IMG/VR virus record: IMGVR_UViG_3300019378_000003
Direction: 5' to 3' (one strand)
Source of the DNA: a virus
Taxonomy: Duplodnaviria; Heunggongvirae; Uroviricota; Caudoviricetes
DNA length: 64,000 nucleotides
The notes below the pieces were generated by a model. That model did no database searches. It saw only the letters and a program-made list of their open reading frames with translations, and was not told the origin of the DNA. Every line of letters begins with the position of its first letter. The first letter of the stretch is position 1. Positions 20,411 to 31,669 of the stretch are shown here, piece after piece. A program made the position numbers and the translations under genes.

Positions 20411-22621
20411 TTAATAACGTGAATGCTTTACTCTTTCTCTTGTTTCTGCTCTCTTGCCTTCATTGAATTTACGGTAATCAGTAGTCAAATATCCAGTAAC
20501 ACGACGCAACTGTTCAATATTGGTACTGCCGCACTCAGGGCAAGCATTATTAAATTCTGCAGTATATCCACATTCTAAGCAAGTATCAATTGGGAAATTG
20601 AAAGCAAGATATGGGATATCAAGTGTATCAAAAGCATATTCAATAATCTGCTTAATTGCTTTTGTATTCTTTACAAAAGTAGAATCAAGTTCAACATATG
20701 TAATACATCCACCAGTGGGATATTTACAGAAAGGTGCTTCGATTTCGAGTTTCTCGAAGATGCCAACTTCTTCCCAAACAGGAACATGATGGCTATTAGT
20801 AAGATATTCTCTATCAGTAATATTCTTAATTACTCCATGCTGTTTTCTAAGGGCTTTTAGAGCAGTAGAGCATAAGCCTTCAGCAGGAGTCGCATAGCAA
20901 GAGAAGTTCAAATCATTTCTCTCACTTGCTTCTTTAGCGAACTCATTGATTCGCTGAACGACAGAAAGAGCGAAAGCGTGTGCCTTCTTATTTCTGGCAT
21001 GATTTTCACCAAATAGTGCCTGACACATTTCGGCAATACCGATGTAACCAATAGCCAGTGTATTATGTCTTAAAGATTGATATACACTATCTTTACACTT
21101 TTGGCCTTCTAGGATAGTGCCGTTTTGATACATAAAGGGCGCTGCGATTGCGGTTTGATTTACCATTACGTCAAAACGTTCAAGAAGTGCCTGTTCGGCA
21201 AGCTTCAATAATTCTTCAAAGTCAGCCCAGAAACCTTCCAAATCAGCTTCGTCACGTTCACCAAGACAAATGCCGTGTTTAATGCCAAGCTGGGGAAGAA
21301 TCATAGTGACAGGAACATTGTTTCCTCTGCCGACCCTCTTGTAACCGTAGCCGTGCCGATCAAATCCTAGCATTGTGCGGCATCCCATTGTGCTGAAATA
21401 AGTATCAGGGTCATTTTCATCTTCATGAGCTTGAGACCAATCGCAATTACAGAAATTAGGATAAATACGCTTGCTCAAAGATTCAACTGCCAATTCACTT
21501 AAATCATAATTGGGGTCATTTAGTTTTGCATTACATCCCTTTTTGTATTGGAAAATACTGATTGGGAAGATAGAAGTTCTGTGGTGCTTACCGATTCCTG
21601 CGAGTGAAGCGTTGAGCATAGCTCGTGAAACCATTCTTCCTTCAGGGGAGGTATCTCGTCCGAAGTTAATAGAGGTAAACGGGACCTGAGACCCGGCACG
21701 GGATTCTAAAGTATTAAGATTGTGGTAAAGTGCTTCTGCACTTTGCTTCATCTCCTTCTCAAGCATATCCATAGCATAGCGATAAATATTGCGCTCGCCA
21801 AAATTATCTTTTGGATAATCTTCAATGGACATATCAGGAGCACCCTGGAATACATCTACATCATCAGGGATAGAAACCTGACCGATATATTTCACGCCAT
21901 CTTGCCAATGCTTGTAAAAACTCATTTTTACAAAAGGAGCAAGGTCATAGTCAATATGAACGGTGCCAACGCCACCAAACTGAACCTAAGACTGACACTG
22001 GAAAATTACTGCCATTTGCTGACAAGCAGTAGAGAAACTCGTCGGTGGGCGAATGTCACCATTACGAGTGGCAAAACCTTCTTCGAAGATTTTTCCAAAG
22101 TCAATATTCAAACAGTTATGTTCTCCAATAGGAGCTTTTTCAAGGTCATGCTGATAAATCCACATATTACGATGCGCATCAGATACTTCTTTACTGAGAA
22201 TATCTTCAAGAGCATAAACTTTTTGAATATCAGCAGATGCTTCTTTTTCACGACCAGAGAAACTACGTTCATCGACATTGGCATTAGCATTTTGAACTGA
22301 AACAGCGTTCAGCCTACGACGCATTGCTTCAATGATTTTACTTTTCTTTTCTCTTGCTTTAGTTCTCTAGTCTCTATATAAAATATACGCCTTAGCGACG
22401 TCAGGTTCGACTTTCATTAATTCTTTTTCTACAAGGTCTTGAATGCCTTCTACTGTCATATCCTTGTCGAGAGCCTGAATTTTTAATGCAATATCGGCGG
22501 CGACAGGGTGAATACCACTGTCTTCAGTATAATTGCCCTGATAGAATGCTCTTGTAATAGCAACTTCAATTTTGTTTAGGTCAAATGGGACTTTACGACC
22601 ATCACGTTTAGTAACTTGCAT
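20411..22621 (-). CDS. nrdD: Anaerobic (class III) ribonucleoside-triphosphate reductase, 2 in-frame TAG
   Basis: The N-terminal ATP-cone ORF (22367..22621, 'MQVTKRDGRKVPFDLNKIEVAI') is in frame with the middle ORF (21986..22324) and the 504-aa core. The core ends in the glycyl-radical motif 'RRVTGYL'. Confidence 0.75.
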
Positions 22622-22664
22622 GTATTTTACCTCCGATAATAAAAAGTGGATAATCCATAATATT

Positions 22665-23279
22665 TCAATTTACTGGCTTATGTTCTATCGAAAGTCGCCC
22701 ACGTGCTACTAGATGTTCGATATCATCCTCAATGGCCCACACAACATCTTGTTTATCGGATTCTTTTTCATTCCGATATTTACACATATTGCGATGTAAG
22801 ATAAAGTCTCGGATTATCTCTTCATTAAAATCTTCTTCGTCGGCGAAATACCGACGGCAGATTTCAGATACATTAGGTTTATTTTCTCTATTAAGCTAAC
22901 GAAGCATACGCTCTTTATCAGAACAGGCAATATAATAACCGTAAACAATAACATCTTCAAGAGGAGAACTAGTCAGACAATCAAATCCTTCTGGATTAAA
23001 TACTCCAATATTGACACCCTCTTTAAGACTTGATTCCATTGTACCGTAATGCCATTCATTGAAATAAGTTGCCTCAAGCATATCGCCATTTAAAACTTTT
23101 TCGGCAAACTATTCATTCGTTAAAAAGTAATAACTTTCACCTTCTACTTCATTATTTCGCATTGGGCGAGTGGTACAAGATACAATCATATTCCAATTTG
23201 GATTTCTGCGGGCAAGGTCGCGGGCAATTGTATCCTTACCCGCGCCAGCCTTTCCAATTAACGCGATAATTACCTTCAT
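22665..23279 (-). CDS. Guanylate/dNMP kinase-family P-loop kinase (2 TAG)
   Basis: The probable true start is ATG at about 23279 (MKVIIALIGKAGAGKDT...), after RBS AGGAG. It continues through TAGs into track ORF 22896..23081, which reads '...NEWHYGT...'. Confidence 0.55.
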
Positions 23280-23280
23280 A

Positions 23281-26200
23281 TTATTCCTCACTAGCTTCTC
23301 CTTTAGCACGCTCAAACTGAAGATTCAATGTTCCTCTTGGGCCAACACCATTGATTTTATACAACTGATGACCTGCGGTTGAAGCGTACTTTTTCGGCAC
23401 AAATTCATCTCCACGACGAATACCTGTTACCATAATCATACTACCTCTATTGAACCAAGATTTTTCAACTACGTGCTTAACTCCATCTTCTCCTCGTTCA
23501 GAAATCTGTTTATCAAACATACTGAAATATTCATTTCTAAACTTAACGGTTACTACACCACTAGGAGTTAGAAGAGAAACTGTGCCTTTCGTTTTATTTT
23601 TAGCGATACAAGTTCCGCAAATACGATTAAGTCTATAAATCGGAATATCTACTCCGCCACGTCGGAATGTTTTTTCCACGATTGGCTCTTCAGGAAGCTC
23701 AAAGAAATCACTAATACCATACTTTTTAGTATCAATATCTTTCAATTCGTGTTCATGGCTATAGAAACACAATACTTCCATTTCCCAAGCGGAATAATTT
23801 GCATCGCCAGCATATTTTTTCCATTCTTCGGAGAAAATCATTTTATTCATGGCATACAATGCTTCTTCTTGATTATCTTTCATCCAAGTTCGCACCGCAT
23901 CCATTTCTTGCTTATAGACTTTCTCCCACATTTTCTTATTTAGAGCATAAGTGTTATTATATACTTCCAAAGGAAGATTATAATGACTGTCAACAAATGC
24001 TAATGCTCTTTCATCGAGAATATAATAATCTCCATCAGATTTCAAAGCATTTTTCAGATAACGAGTAAATTCATATACCGCTCTCTGATGACTCAAATGC
24101 TTCGGCAATAAATCTCTCTGAATAAGACCATTCATATTCTGAAGTGTGATACGTTGTTTCTTATCGCAAGTCATCCAAAGATATTCTGCCATAATATCTT
24201 TTCTCTCGCCAAATGAATCAAATGCTCCACCCTTGATAAGAGATACAACTGCTTGCTTGCCACATTTTACGCGTCCAAGAAAGTCTCCAAAACTGCTGAA
24301 GGGTCGAGACTCAATAATAGATTGTACCACATCGTCGCCGACGTTGAGTAGTCCTTTGAGTCCGAAAATAATCCGTCCGGTCGCCGCGTCGGGGCGGAAG
24401 CCAAAGCTAGATAGGTTGATATCTGCTGGAGTGACTTCGATTCCGGCAGATTTAATGTCTCCAATTGCTTTTGCAATTTTTCCATAATCAGTAGTTCCTT
24501 TCAATTCTGGGTCAACTGCGCCACTATTTACAATCAAACAGGCAGTATTCCAATAAATTGGATTGAATTTAGATGCTAATAACAAAGTCTGCATTCCTAC
24601 AAAAGAATATGGAAGTGAATGGTTCATACTAAAAGCATAGCCTAACTGCGGCGCCACGGCGACCTTCCATACATAATCCGCACAAATGAATGGCATTGCT
24701 TCATATACTTTTCTCTTGAGTTCTGGAATACGAGACATCTGTTTTTTCGCAACAATCTTACGAGCATCATTTGCTTCTGCCAATGTAAAATGTGCGATAC
24801 GTTCATCCATGAGAATTTCCATCATTTGCTCTTGAATTGCGCAACAACCATAATATGTATCACAATATTGATGCATTGCTTCAATCATCGGCTCAGGAAG
24901 TTTTGATTTTTCCATTTCTCTCTGGAAAGTCTCAAGACCATTCGTTTTAATTCTCATATATCTATCTTGCTGAGACTCTTGACCTCTCTCTGTCATAAGT
25001 CTCATCATAGCATTCGCCGCAGTCATTTCCAACGGATTACTCGGCTGAAGTCTTTTTGCTATCGCAAGACCAACACCACTATTGAACTGGAATACATCCA
25101 ATACAGAACCTTCGGCAAGTTTCTGCCAAATTACTGGATCTTTTGTATCCATTATCTCAGGATGTAAATAAGTGTTATATGCTTGTCTTAAACTCATGGG
25201 TAAGATTACTTTATCTTCCATCATAAGATTCAGACAAATAATTTCCTTATCAGAAATTTCAGTTACAAGGAAGTCATACTTCGTATCTCCAGCGGCTTCA
25301 GCCATATGAAGGTCATAACAAGTAATTAAATCTCCAGAAGGAGTTCTCATAATTGCCGCGGTATCAAAAATATTTTCATCATACATAATGACACCAGAAG
25401 CATGACATCCACGTTGTTTTACTACACCTTCAAGAGTAAAGATAATATCCAACAAACCAGGATATTTATTTACTTCTCGAATGAATGCCGTTACAGGTCT
25501 TCGACCTTTCTCTTCACTACCATATACTACTTCATTCATAGACCACAAGAAACCACGTTCCTGAGGAATGAGAGAAGACATATACTGAGCAGCGTCAACA
25601 TCAATACCGTCTTTATATTCTTCCTCTTCACCTGTTGGGCCTCTATATCCACGACAAGCTGTAAGAATAGCAGATTTTGTACCTTCAGTACCAAAAGTCG
25701 CAACCTGAATTAAACCAAGCTCTCCACGCTCTTCTCTAATCTTTTCAAAAATCAAAGGTCGCTTAGAAGGAGCCAAGTCAATATCAATATCAGGCAACTC
25801 AGCACGTTCTTTATTTAGAAAACGCCACCACGGCAAATTCCATTTTATAGGATCCAACTGAGTAATACCAAGCAAATAATTGGAGAGGAAACCAGTAGCA
25901 GAACCGCGGCCAGGACCGACAATACTACCGCAATCCCAAAACAGATCAATATAATGCTTAAAGGTATTGAAATAAGCAAATAGACAAGTCCCAAGACGAT
26001 CTCCAATATATCGGATAACGTCTGCTTCAATTTCAAGTCTTTCAATATATTCATCTTTGACTAATTTCTTATTAAACAGTTCTTTTAAACAACAATCTAA
26101 CCAATATCGTTCTTGGTCAGTTCCTTGTTTATTAATGTAATCTAAAGTGGGATAATCTGTTTCAAAATCCCAACCTGTAATTGTAATCGTATGCTTTGGC

Positions 26201-27132
26201 ACTTCAACAACTGGAATTTGTTGAGGTCTTTCTAAAGAATACCATTCAATTTTTTGACGCATATCTTCAGATGCTCTTAAAACTGAATCAATATCTTTAG
26301 GCTCAAAAGAATAAGACAATAATTCTCTTACTTCATTTTCATCCATTAAACGAGCAAATTCATAGAAGCTATCAATTTCTCGTTCTCCGCCTTTTGAGTT
26401 CAAATATGCTTTATGAGCAAAACGAGTTTCTTTACTCAAATAATGAGAGTCTGTGGCAGGCAAAATTTTGAGTTGAAAATGTATTGCTGTATCCATCAAA
26501 TACTTATTGATTATAATTTGATCTTCAGTAGTTGATGGAGCACATTCAATATAAAAATCATCTTGTCCAAATACTCCAACACAGAAATTGATAAAATTCC
26601 AAGCTTCTTGTAAATAAACTTGAGCTTCATCATAATTCTGAGATTCTTTCGCTACATGATAAGCAGTTAACTTTTTAGAAAGTTCTCCACCCATACATGC
26701 TGTAGTTCCCATTACATGACCTTTATATTTACTCATAATATTCGCCAATTCTGTTTTTAGAAGTGGCACTCTTTCCATACCTCTATCAAAGTATGAATTA
26801 TACCATGCAATAGAACTCAACTCACGAAGTGCTTTATGACCGATTGCATCTTTTGCAACAAGAATAAAGTGATAATAAGGCTGACCCTTATCTCTGGTAT
26901 CAGTTAAATAAATTTCATTCCCAAAAGCGATCGTAAAATCAGGATGCTTTTCACGAATTTTCTTCGCATACATATTAATTTCCATATGACCGCTCAACGC
27001 TTCGTGGTCTGTAATAGCTACGCCAGAAAGACCTAGTTCAATCGCTTTATCAACTAGGTCTTTCGGTTTTATAATACAGTCGAGAAGTCGTAGATTGCTA
27101 TAATGAGTGTGATTATGACAATTAAAAAACAT
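23281..27132 (-). CDS. dnaE: DNA polymerase III alpha subunit (DnaE-type, N-terminal PHP domain), 1283 aa, no TAG codons
   Basis: The N-terminus 'CHNHTHYSNLRLLDCIIKPKDLVDKAIELGLSGVAITDHEAL' is a PHP domain. Size and architecture match a C-family replicative polymerase. Confidence 0.75.
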   Translation of the reverse strand: MFFNCHNHTHYSNLRLLDCIIKPKDLVDKAIELGLSGVAITDHEALSGHMEINMYAKKIREKHPDFTIAFGNEIYLTDTRDKGQPYYHFILVAKDAIGHKALRELSSIAWYNSYFDRGMERVPLLKTELANIMSKYKGHVMGTTACMGGELSKKLTAYHVAKESQNYDEAQVYLQEAWNFINFCVGVFGQDDFYIECAPSTTEDQIIINKYLMDTAIHFQLKILPATDSHYLSKETRFAHKAYLNSKGGEREIDSFYEFARLMDENEVRELLSYSFEPKDIDSVLRASEDMRQKIEWYSLERPQQIPVVEVPKHTITITGWDFETDYPTLDYINKQGTDQERYWLDCCLKELFNKKLVKDEYIERLEIEADVIRYIGDRLGTCLFAYFNTFKHYIDLFWDCGSIVGPGRGSATGFLSNYLLGITQLDPIKWNLPWWRFLNKERAELPDIDIDLAPSKRPLIFEKIREERGELGLIQVATFGTEGTKSAILTACRGYRGPTGEEEEYKDGIDVDAAQYMSSLIPQERGFLWSMNEVVYGSEEKGRRPVTAFIREVNKYPGLLDIIFTLEGVVKQRGCHASGVIMYDENIFDTAAIMRTPSGDLITCYDLHMAEAAGDTKYDFLVTEISDKEIICLNLMMEDKVILPMSLRQAYNTYLHPEIMDTKDPVIWQKLAEGSVLDVFQFNSGVGLAIAKRLQPSNPLEMTAANAMMRLMTERGQESQQDRYMRIKTNGLETFQREMEKSKLPEPMIEAMHQYCDTYYGCCAIQEQMMEILMDERIAHFTLAEANDARKIVAKKQMSRIPELKRKVYEAMPFICADYVWKVAVAPQLGYAFSMNHSLPYSFVGMQTLLLASKFNPIYWNTACLIVNSGAVDPELKGTTDYGKIAKAIGDIKSAGIEVTPADINLSSFGFRPDAATGRIIFGLKGLLNVGDDVVQSIIESRPFSSFGDFLGRVKCGKQAVVSLIKGGAFDSFGERKDIMAEYLWMTCDKKQRITLQNMNGLIQRDLLPKHLSHQRAVYEFTRYLKNALKSDGDYYILDERALAFVDSHYNLPLEVYNNTYALNKKMWEKVYKQEMDAVRTWMKDNQEEALYAMNKMIFSEEWKKYAGDANYSAWEMEVLCFYSHEHELKDIDTKKYGISDFFELPEEPIVEKTFRRGGVDIPIYRLNRICGTCIAKNKTKGTVSLLTPSGVVTVKFRNEYFSMFDKQISERGEDGVKHVVEKSWFNRGSMIMVTGIRRGDEFVPKKYASTAGHQLYKINGVGPRGTLNLQFERAKGEASEE

Positions 27133-27162
27133 CTACTCGTTCCTCTCTTTACATTTCCTGTA

Positions 27163-27200
27163 TATATTATATCATAAATTTTTAACTTTTTCAAGTTCAA
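27163..27200 (-). promoter_or_regulatory. Consensus sigma70-type promoter (TTGAAC-N17-TATAAT plus conserved ATATACAGG)
   Basis: Member of the repeated promoter family. It lies upstream of the DAHP-synthase-like gene. Confidence 0.5.
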
Positions 27201-27984
27201 GCGCCGTTTTTATAGCCAAACATTTTTCAATAAGGGCAGGCAATTTATCTAAAGGTAATGCTTGCGCTTTATCACAGCAAGCTCCATATGGAGTATTTTG
27301 AGTTTCAATCATTAATCCATCTGCACCCACAGCAACGGCAGCCAAAGCAAGAGGTTCTACATGAGGAGTATAGCCGGCGGCATGTGATGGATCAACAATT
27401 ACTGGAATCATATTTGCCTCTTGATGAATTTTAGGAATTGCCGCAAGATCAAGAGTAAATCGTGAAGAATCTGAGAAAGTACGAATACCACGCTCACAAC
27501 CATATACCATTGCTTTTGGCATATAATTACGAGCAGCGATAAATTCTTCAACAGTATTGCCAAATCCTCGTTTGAGAAGGATAAGATTATCACTTTCATT
27601 TAATGTGCGCAATAAGCTAAAATTTTGCATATTACGTGAACCAATTTGAAATATTACTTCCACTTTTTCCTCTTCACAACGCTCTTTCACATAATGATAT
27701 TGCTCTTCATCCATAACTTCTACGCAAATACCACTAATAATATTATCATCTGTAGAACAGTTATTTACACAGTTTTGATATTCTCTTAACATTTTTTCAA
27801 AGCCTAATTTTCCTGCTCCTTGATAAGAGAATGTGCTTGTGCGAGGTTTCCAACAGCCGCCTCTTAACCAAAATTCTTCATGAGGAAATCGATTTGCAAC
27901 TTTTTGGATTTCTTCAGTCACATATTTTATATCATTAAAACCTGGGTCTCGTGAAATTGCACAAGGGCCAAGAATAAAAATCAT
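27172..27984 (-). CDS. DAHP synthase (type I-beta) / KDO8P synthase family enzyme
   Basis: Contains 'LGPCAIS...WLRGGCWKPRTSTFSYQGAG...QIGSRNMQNF...LLKRG...GCERGIRTF...IPVIVDPSH..GADGLMIE'. Confidence 0.6.
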   Translation of the reverse strand: MIFILGPCAISRDPGFNDIKYVTEEIQKVANRFPHEEFWLRGGCWKPRTSTFSYQGAGKLGFEKMLREYQNCVNNCSTDDNIISGICVEVMDEEQYHYVKERCEEEKVEVIFQIGSRNMQNFSLLRTLNESDNLILLKRGFGNTVEEFIAARNYMPKAMVYGCERGIRTFSDSSRFTLDLAAIPKIHQEANMIPVIVDPSHAAGYTPHVEPLALAAVAVGADGLMIETQNTPYGACCDKAQALPLDKLPALIEKCLAIKTALELEKVKNL

Positions 27985-28625
27985 TGTAATGTTGCCTTTC
28001 CTGGATTTTCTACTAAAATGTTAAATAATGGACGATATTTTAATGGTACCCAATCATAAGAAGAACAAATAAAAATTAAATCATAATGATCATTAGTGTT
28101 CAAATCTTTTAAATCAGTTAATGTAATATATTCATGATTCTTAGGAAGCTCATGATATAACTACATTTCAGAATTTTTATTACGGACCCATATATATTTA
28201 TTTACCTAATAGTATTTAGTTAAATAATAAAGCCAATTAGTACAGTCATAAGGTCGTTCTTTAAATTCTTCTATGTCATTGTGATGATATCCTCGATCAT
28301 GATGATGATCAATATTTATAATCTCTAAAGAGCCACCAATTTCATGATGAACTTTTTTTATTGCTGGAACAATTTCATTATGATTTTGACCTATTAGTAT
28401 ATAAGATTTAGGATTATGCTTACAAACTTCCCTTAAGAAAAAATATAAATTAGCATATTTTTCATAATCCATTTCAAGGTTACAATTATATTTTAATGCA
28501 GGAATTTCTGTTTCTATTATTTTCCAAGTCTCATCAGGTCCAGATTTACTTACGCGACTATACTAATTATACGCCTAAATAAAAGGCTCCATAACCCAAT
28601 CAAAATCTATACTTAATACTTTCAT
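27981..28625 (-). CDS. Hypothetical protein (about 214 aa, 4 TAG) with His-rich 'IINIDHHHDRGYHH' segment
   Basis: Reconstructed from track ORF 28206..28472 extended through TAG codons on both sides. ATGA overlaps the neighbouring genes at both ends. Confidence 0.3.
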
Positions 28626-29793
28626 GGTCGATAATTCCTCACAATAATTAATTTCTTAGAGGCTCGTGTCGCAGCGGTATATAACCAACGCATATGGTCT
28701 TCCTTACTTTCGCCTCTTAAAAATTCTTCCAAGACAATAACTTTATCATACTCACTACCTTGTGCTTTATGACAAGTAATAGCATATCCATAATCAAACT
28801 GTTTAGGATGATACCATTTAGGGATATTTTTAAAAGTCAATTTATTTACAGTTGCTTCATTTTCTGTAAAGATTTTATAATCTGCTTCTAATTCAGGGAA
28901 TGCTCCAGCACCTTCAAAATCAGGTTGAAAAGTAATGATAGGAGTTTTTCTCATAAATGGATTTTCATCGGTCCAGTCCAATTCAGTAATTGTTCCACTT
29001 AATCCATTTACTAAAGCATCATTAGTATCATTAATACATTCCCATTCGTTATGAAGGCAAATAACTCGATCGCCAACTACAGGTTCCATATCGTCAATTC
29101 CAAGTAAAGTTTGACGAAGATTGGCATTAATAGCACGACGAGTATTATTTTTTCCAACCAAAATTTGATCGGCCCAAGCCAAAAAACCATCTTGAAATAA
29201 TTCATCTCTATCGACAATCCGCACTTCATTACCAGAAAATTTTTCTAAAGCCTTTCCGGCACGAATATCCATAGTGAGACGAATAATTTCACTTTCTTCC
29301 TCTTGTCTCATAATTTCATCTAAGAAAATATGAGGTTTATCCAATACTTCATGTTGTTCTGCAGCAACTGGAGGTAACTGTCCAGGATCGCCAAGAGCAA
29401 TTACATGAATACGATGACGCAGAAGGAGTTCCCACATTACTTTAGGCAGCATGGAAACTTCATCTACGACAATCAGTGAATAAGGGAATATATGGTCAAG
29501 AGGAATATGTACATATGAGCCATCATCTTTTTGGCGAGATTTATACAATAAACGGTGTGCGGTCATAGCATTAGGACAACCTTTTGTTCTTAATACTTGC
29601 GCCGCCTTACCAGTATAAGCCACATAACATACATCTTCAGGGTCAATTCTTAAGGCACTGATAATATACTGCACCAAAGTGCTCTTACCAGTTCCAGTTA
29701 GGCGTAGCCCGCGATACAAGTATAACTTTCTCGGTTCTTGTATCGGGCTACCGCAATTTTCAAGCCTTCTTCTTGTTTAGATGTAAGAATCAT
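28622..29793 (-). CDS. Dda/RecD-like SF1B DNA helicase with a frame disruption near 29698-29703
   Basis: Track ORF 28622..29719 carries Walker A 'TGTGKST', 'VVDEVSM', 'ALGDPGQLPPV', 'GYAITCHKAQGSEYD' and 'YTAATRA'. A 31-codon ATG-initiated ORF upstream in another frame (MILTSKQEEGLKIAVARYKNRESYTCIAGYA*) resembles the Dda N-terminus and ends at TAA where the main frame begins. Confidence 0.65.
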
Positions 29794-29825
29794 GCTCTAC
29801 TTCCTCCATTTCTTCTATTATACAA

Positions 29826-29858
29826 TAATTATATCATAAATTTCGTAAAAAGTCAATT
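29826..29858 (-). promoter_or_regulatory. Promoter TTGACT-N17-TATAAT
   Basis: Family member, upstream of the helicase. Confidence 0.5.
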
Positions 29859-31662
29859 AAAAATACCAACTATGAGTAGAAGAAATCTGGAAGTCTTCAA
29901 TCTCAATTTGTGGAGCAATGCCGTTAAAATTATTTTCAGCACAACGTCCAATAATATCCATTTTGATTACTGTATCAGCGGATTGAAAATATTGATTAGT
30001 TTGTTCATATAATTCTTCTCCATAACCAAACTTAATACAAGAAATCTTGGTTCTTGGAATAAGAATTTTTAAAGTTCCTTTTCCCATTAATAAAAATTCC
30101 TTAGAAGTCACAGGAACTCCTTTGATAACTACTAAAGGTTCTTTTACTCCTTGACCCCATAAGTCTTTATGTTTTGCGATTTCTAAAATATGAGAACCTA
30201 AATTAGGCTCTTTGTAATCCCAGATGAAATCTACATTATACATTACCTCTGGAGCAGTTGGAAAATGTTTGCGAACATATGCCTTAAATAATTCTAAGCC
30301 ATCGGGAGTAAAACCTACACCAAATGCCATTGGATGTCCTTCAGCATATAGACACAAGCCAGTATTCTCAATAAATTTTCGCCAATCATCAATACCAGAA
30401 GTGATATAGCCGCGAGCGGAACCCTCCCAAGTAATTTCAGTTTTTGGAGTGAAAGTAATAGATTGTCCAAAAATTCCCTATGCAAAACTTTCAGGGGCAA
30501 TTTCTTTTACTCTTTTGGTTAAAATTAAAGTGGGTTTTTGATATTCGCTCATAATTTGATTGGCAACAAGACCATTTAAATTACTTTCCATTTCACCATC
30601 AACTTTAACGATGATAATAGAGTTTTGGTCTAAGCCTTCTTCTTTAATCTATTTACGAATTGCTTCAAGAGCAGTCTATTTTTCTTTATCCTAATGGTTC
30701 TTTACATTGCCCGCCGTGCGAAGAGCCTGAGTAAGAACAGTTTCTTCCTGACCTTTCCCTCCACGTTTAGTAGAAGGAACTAATTTTCCAGCTTCATATT
30801 CCAACATTGAGCGGAATAAAATATCTTTTTCTGATGGATTACCAGAACGACACATTGCATTTACAAAAGGGGCAATATACCAAGATATTGTAAATGGAGT
30901 GAGTTGGCCTTGAATCTTAAATTCATTTTTCTCCATCATGCCAACAATAAAGGGATTACGAGGCTATTGCATACCAGCCCATGTAAGATAACGCGTTTCC
31001 AAAGAGCGCAAATCCATCATATCGGCAACCATACCAAGAGCCACCAAATCAAGATAATCATTGGCATATGATTGTTTTAAAAGCCTATCTAAAATCAGAC
31101 AAAATTTATATACTACGCCAACACCAGATAATGCCTTATTGGGATAAGAGCACATCTAATTATTTACAATAACCGCTGGGTCAAAAATATCAGGTTCGGC
31201 ATCATGGTGATCTAAAACAATAATATCAATACCTTTTTCTGCCAACTCTTTATGAATTTGATTTTCATTTGAAGAAGCATCAGGTACGATAATTAATTTT
31301 ACATCTTCTGGAATAGCTTCAACATTGATACCATGATGTTTATCGCTATGGAGATTATAAGAAATTAAATTCTATACAGATGCTGGGAAAACACGATATA
31401 GATAGTTAAGCAAAACGGCAGATGAAGTATATCCATCACAATCGCTATCTACCTAAATATGAATCCTCTCTTGATGAACAAGAGTTTTTATTAATAGTGA
31501 AGCAGCATTAAAAATATTTTCAAATGAGCCAGGAGTAAAGCATTCACTTACACTTGGAGTAATATATCTCTACATTTCTTCTTGGGTAAGACCTCGATTG
31601 TGGAGAATCTATTCTAGCAAGCCTCTCTCTTGCTCTGGTTCTTTTATTAAATTATAGCGCAT
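29857..31662 (-). CDS. recJ: RecJ-like DHH-family ssDNA exonuclease (about 600 aa, about 10 in-frame TAG)
   Basis: A single frame links four track ORFs when TAG is Gln. It contains 'VDSDCDGYTSSAVL' (DHH motif I/II) and 'VLDHHDAEP' (DHH motif III). RBS GAGGT plus ATG at about 31662. Confidence 0.6.
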
Positions 31663-31669
31663 ATTTACC

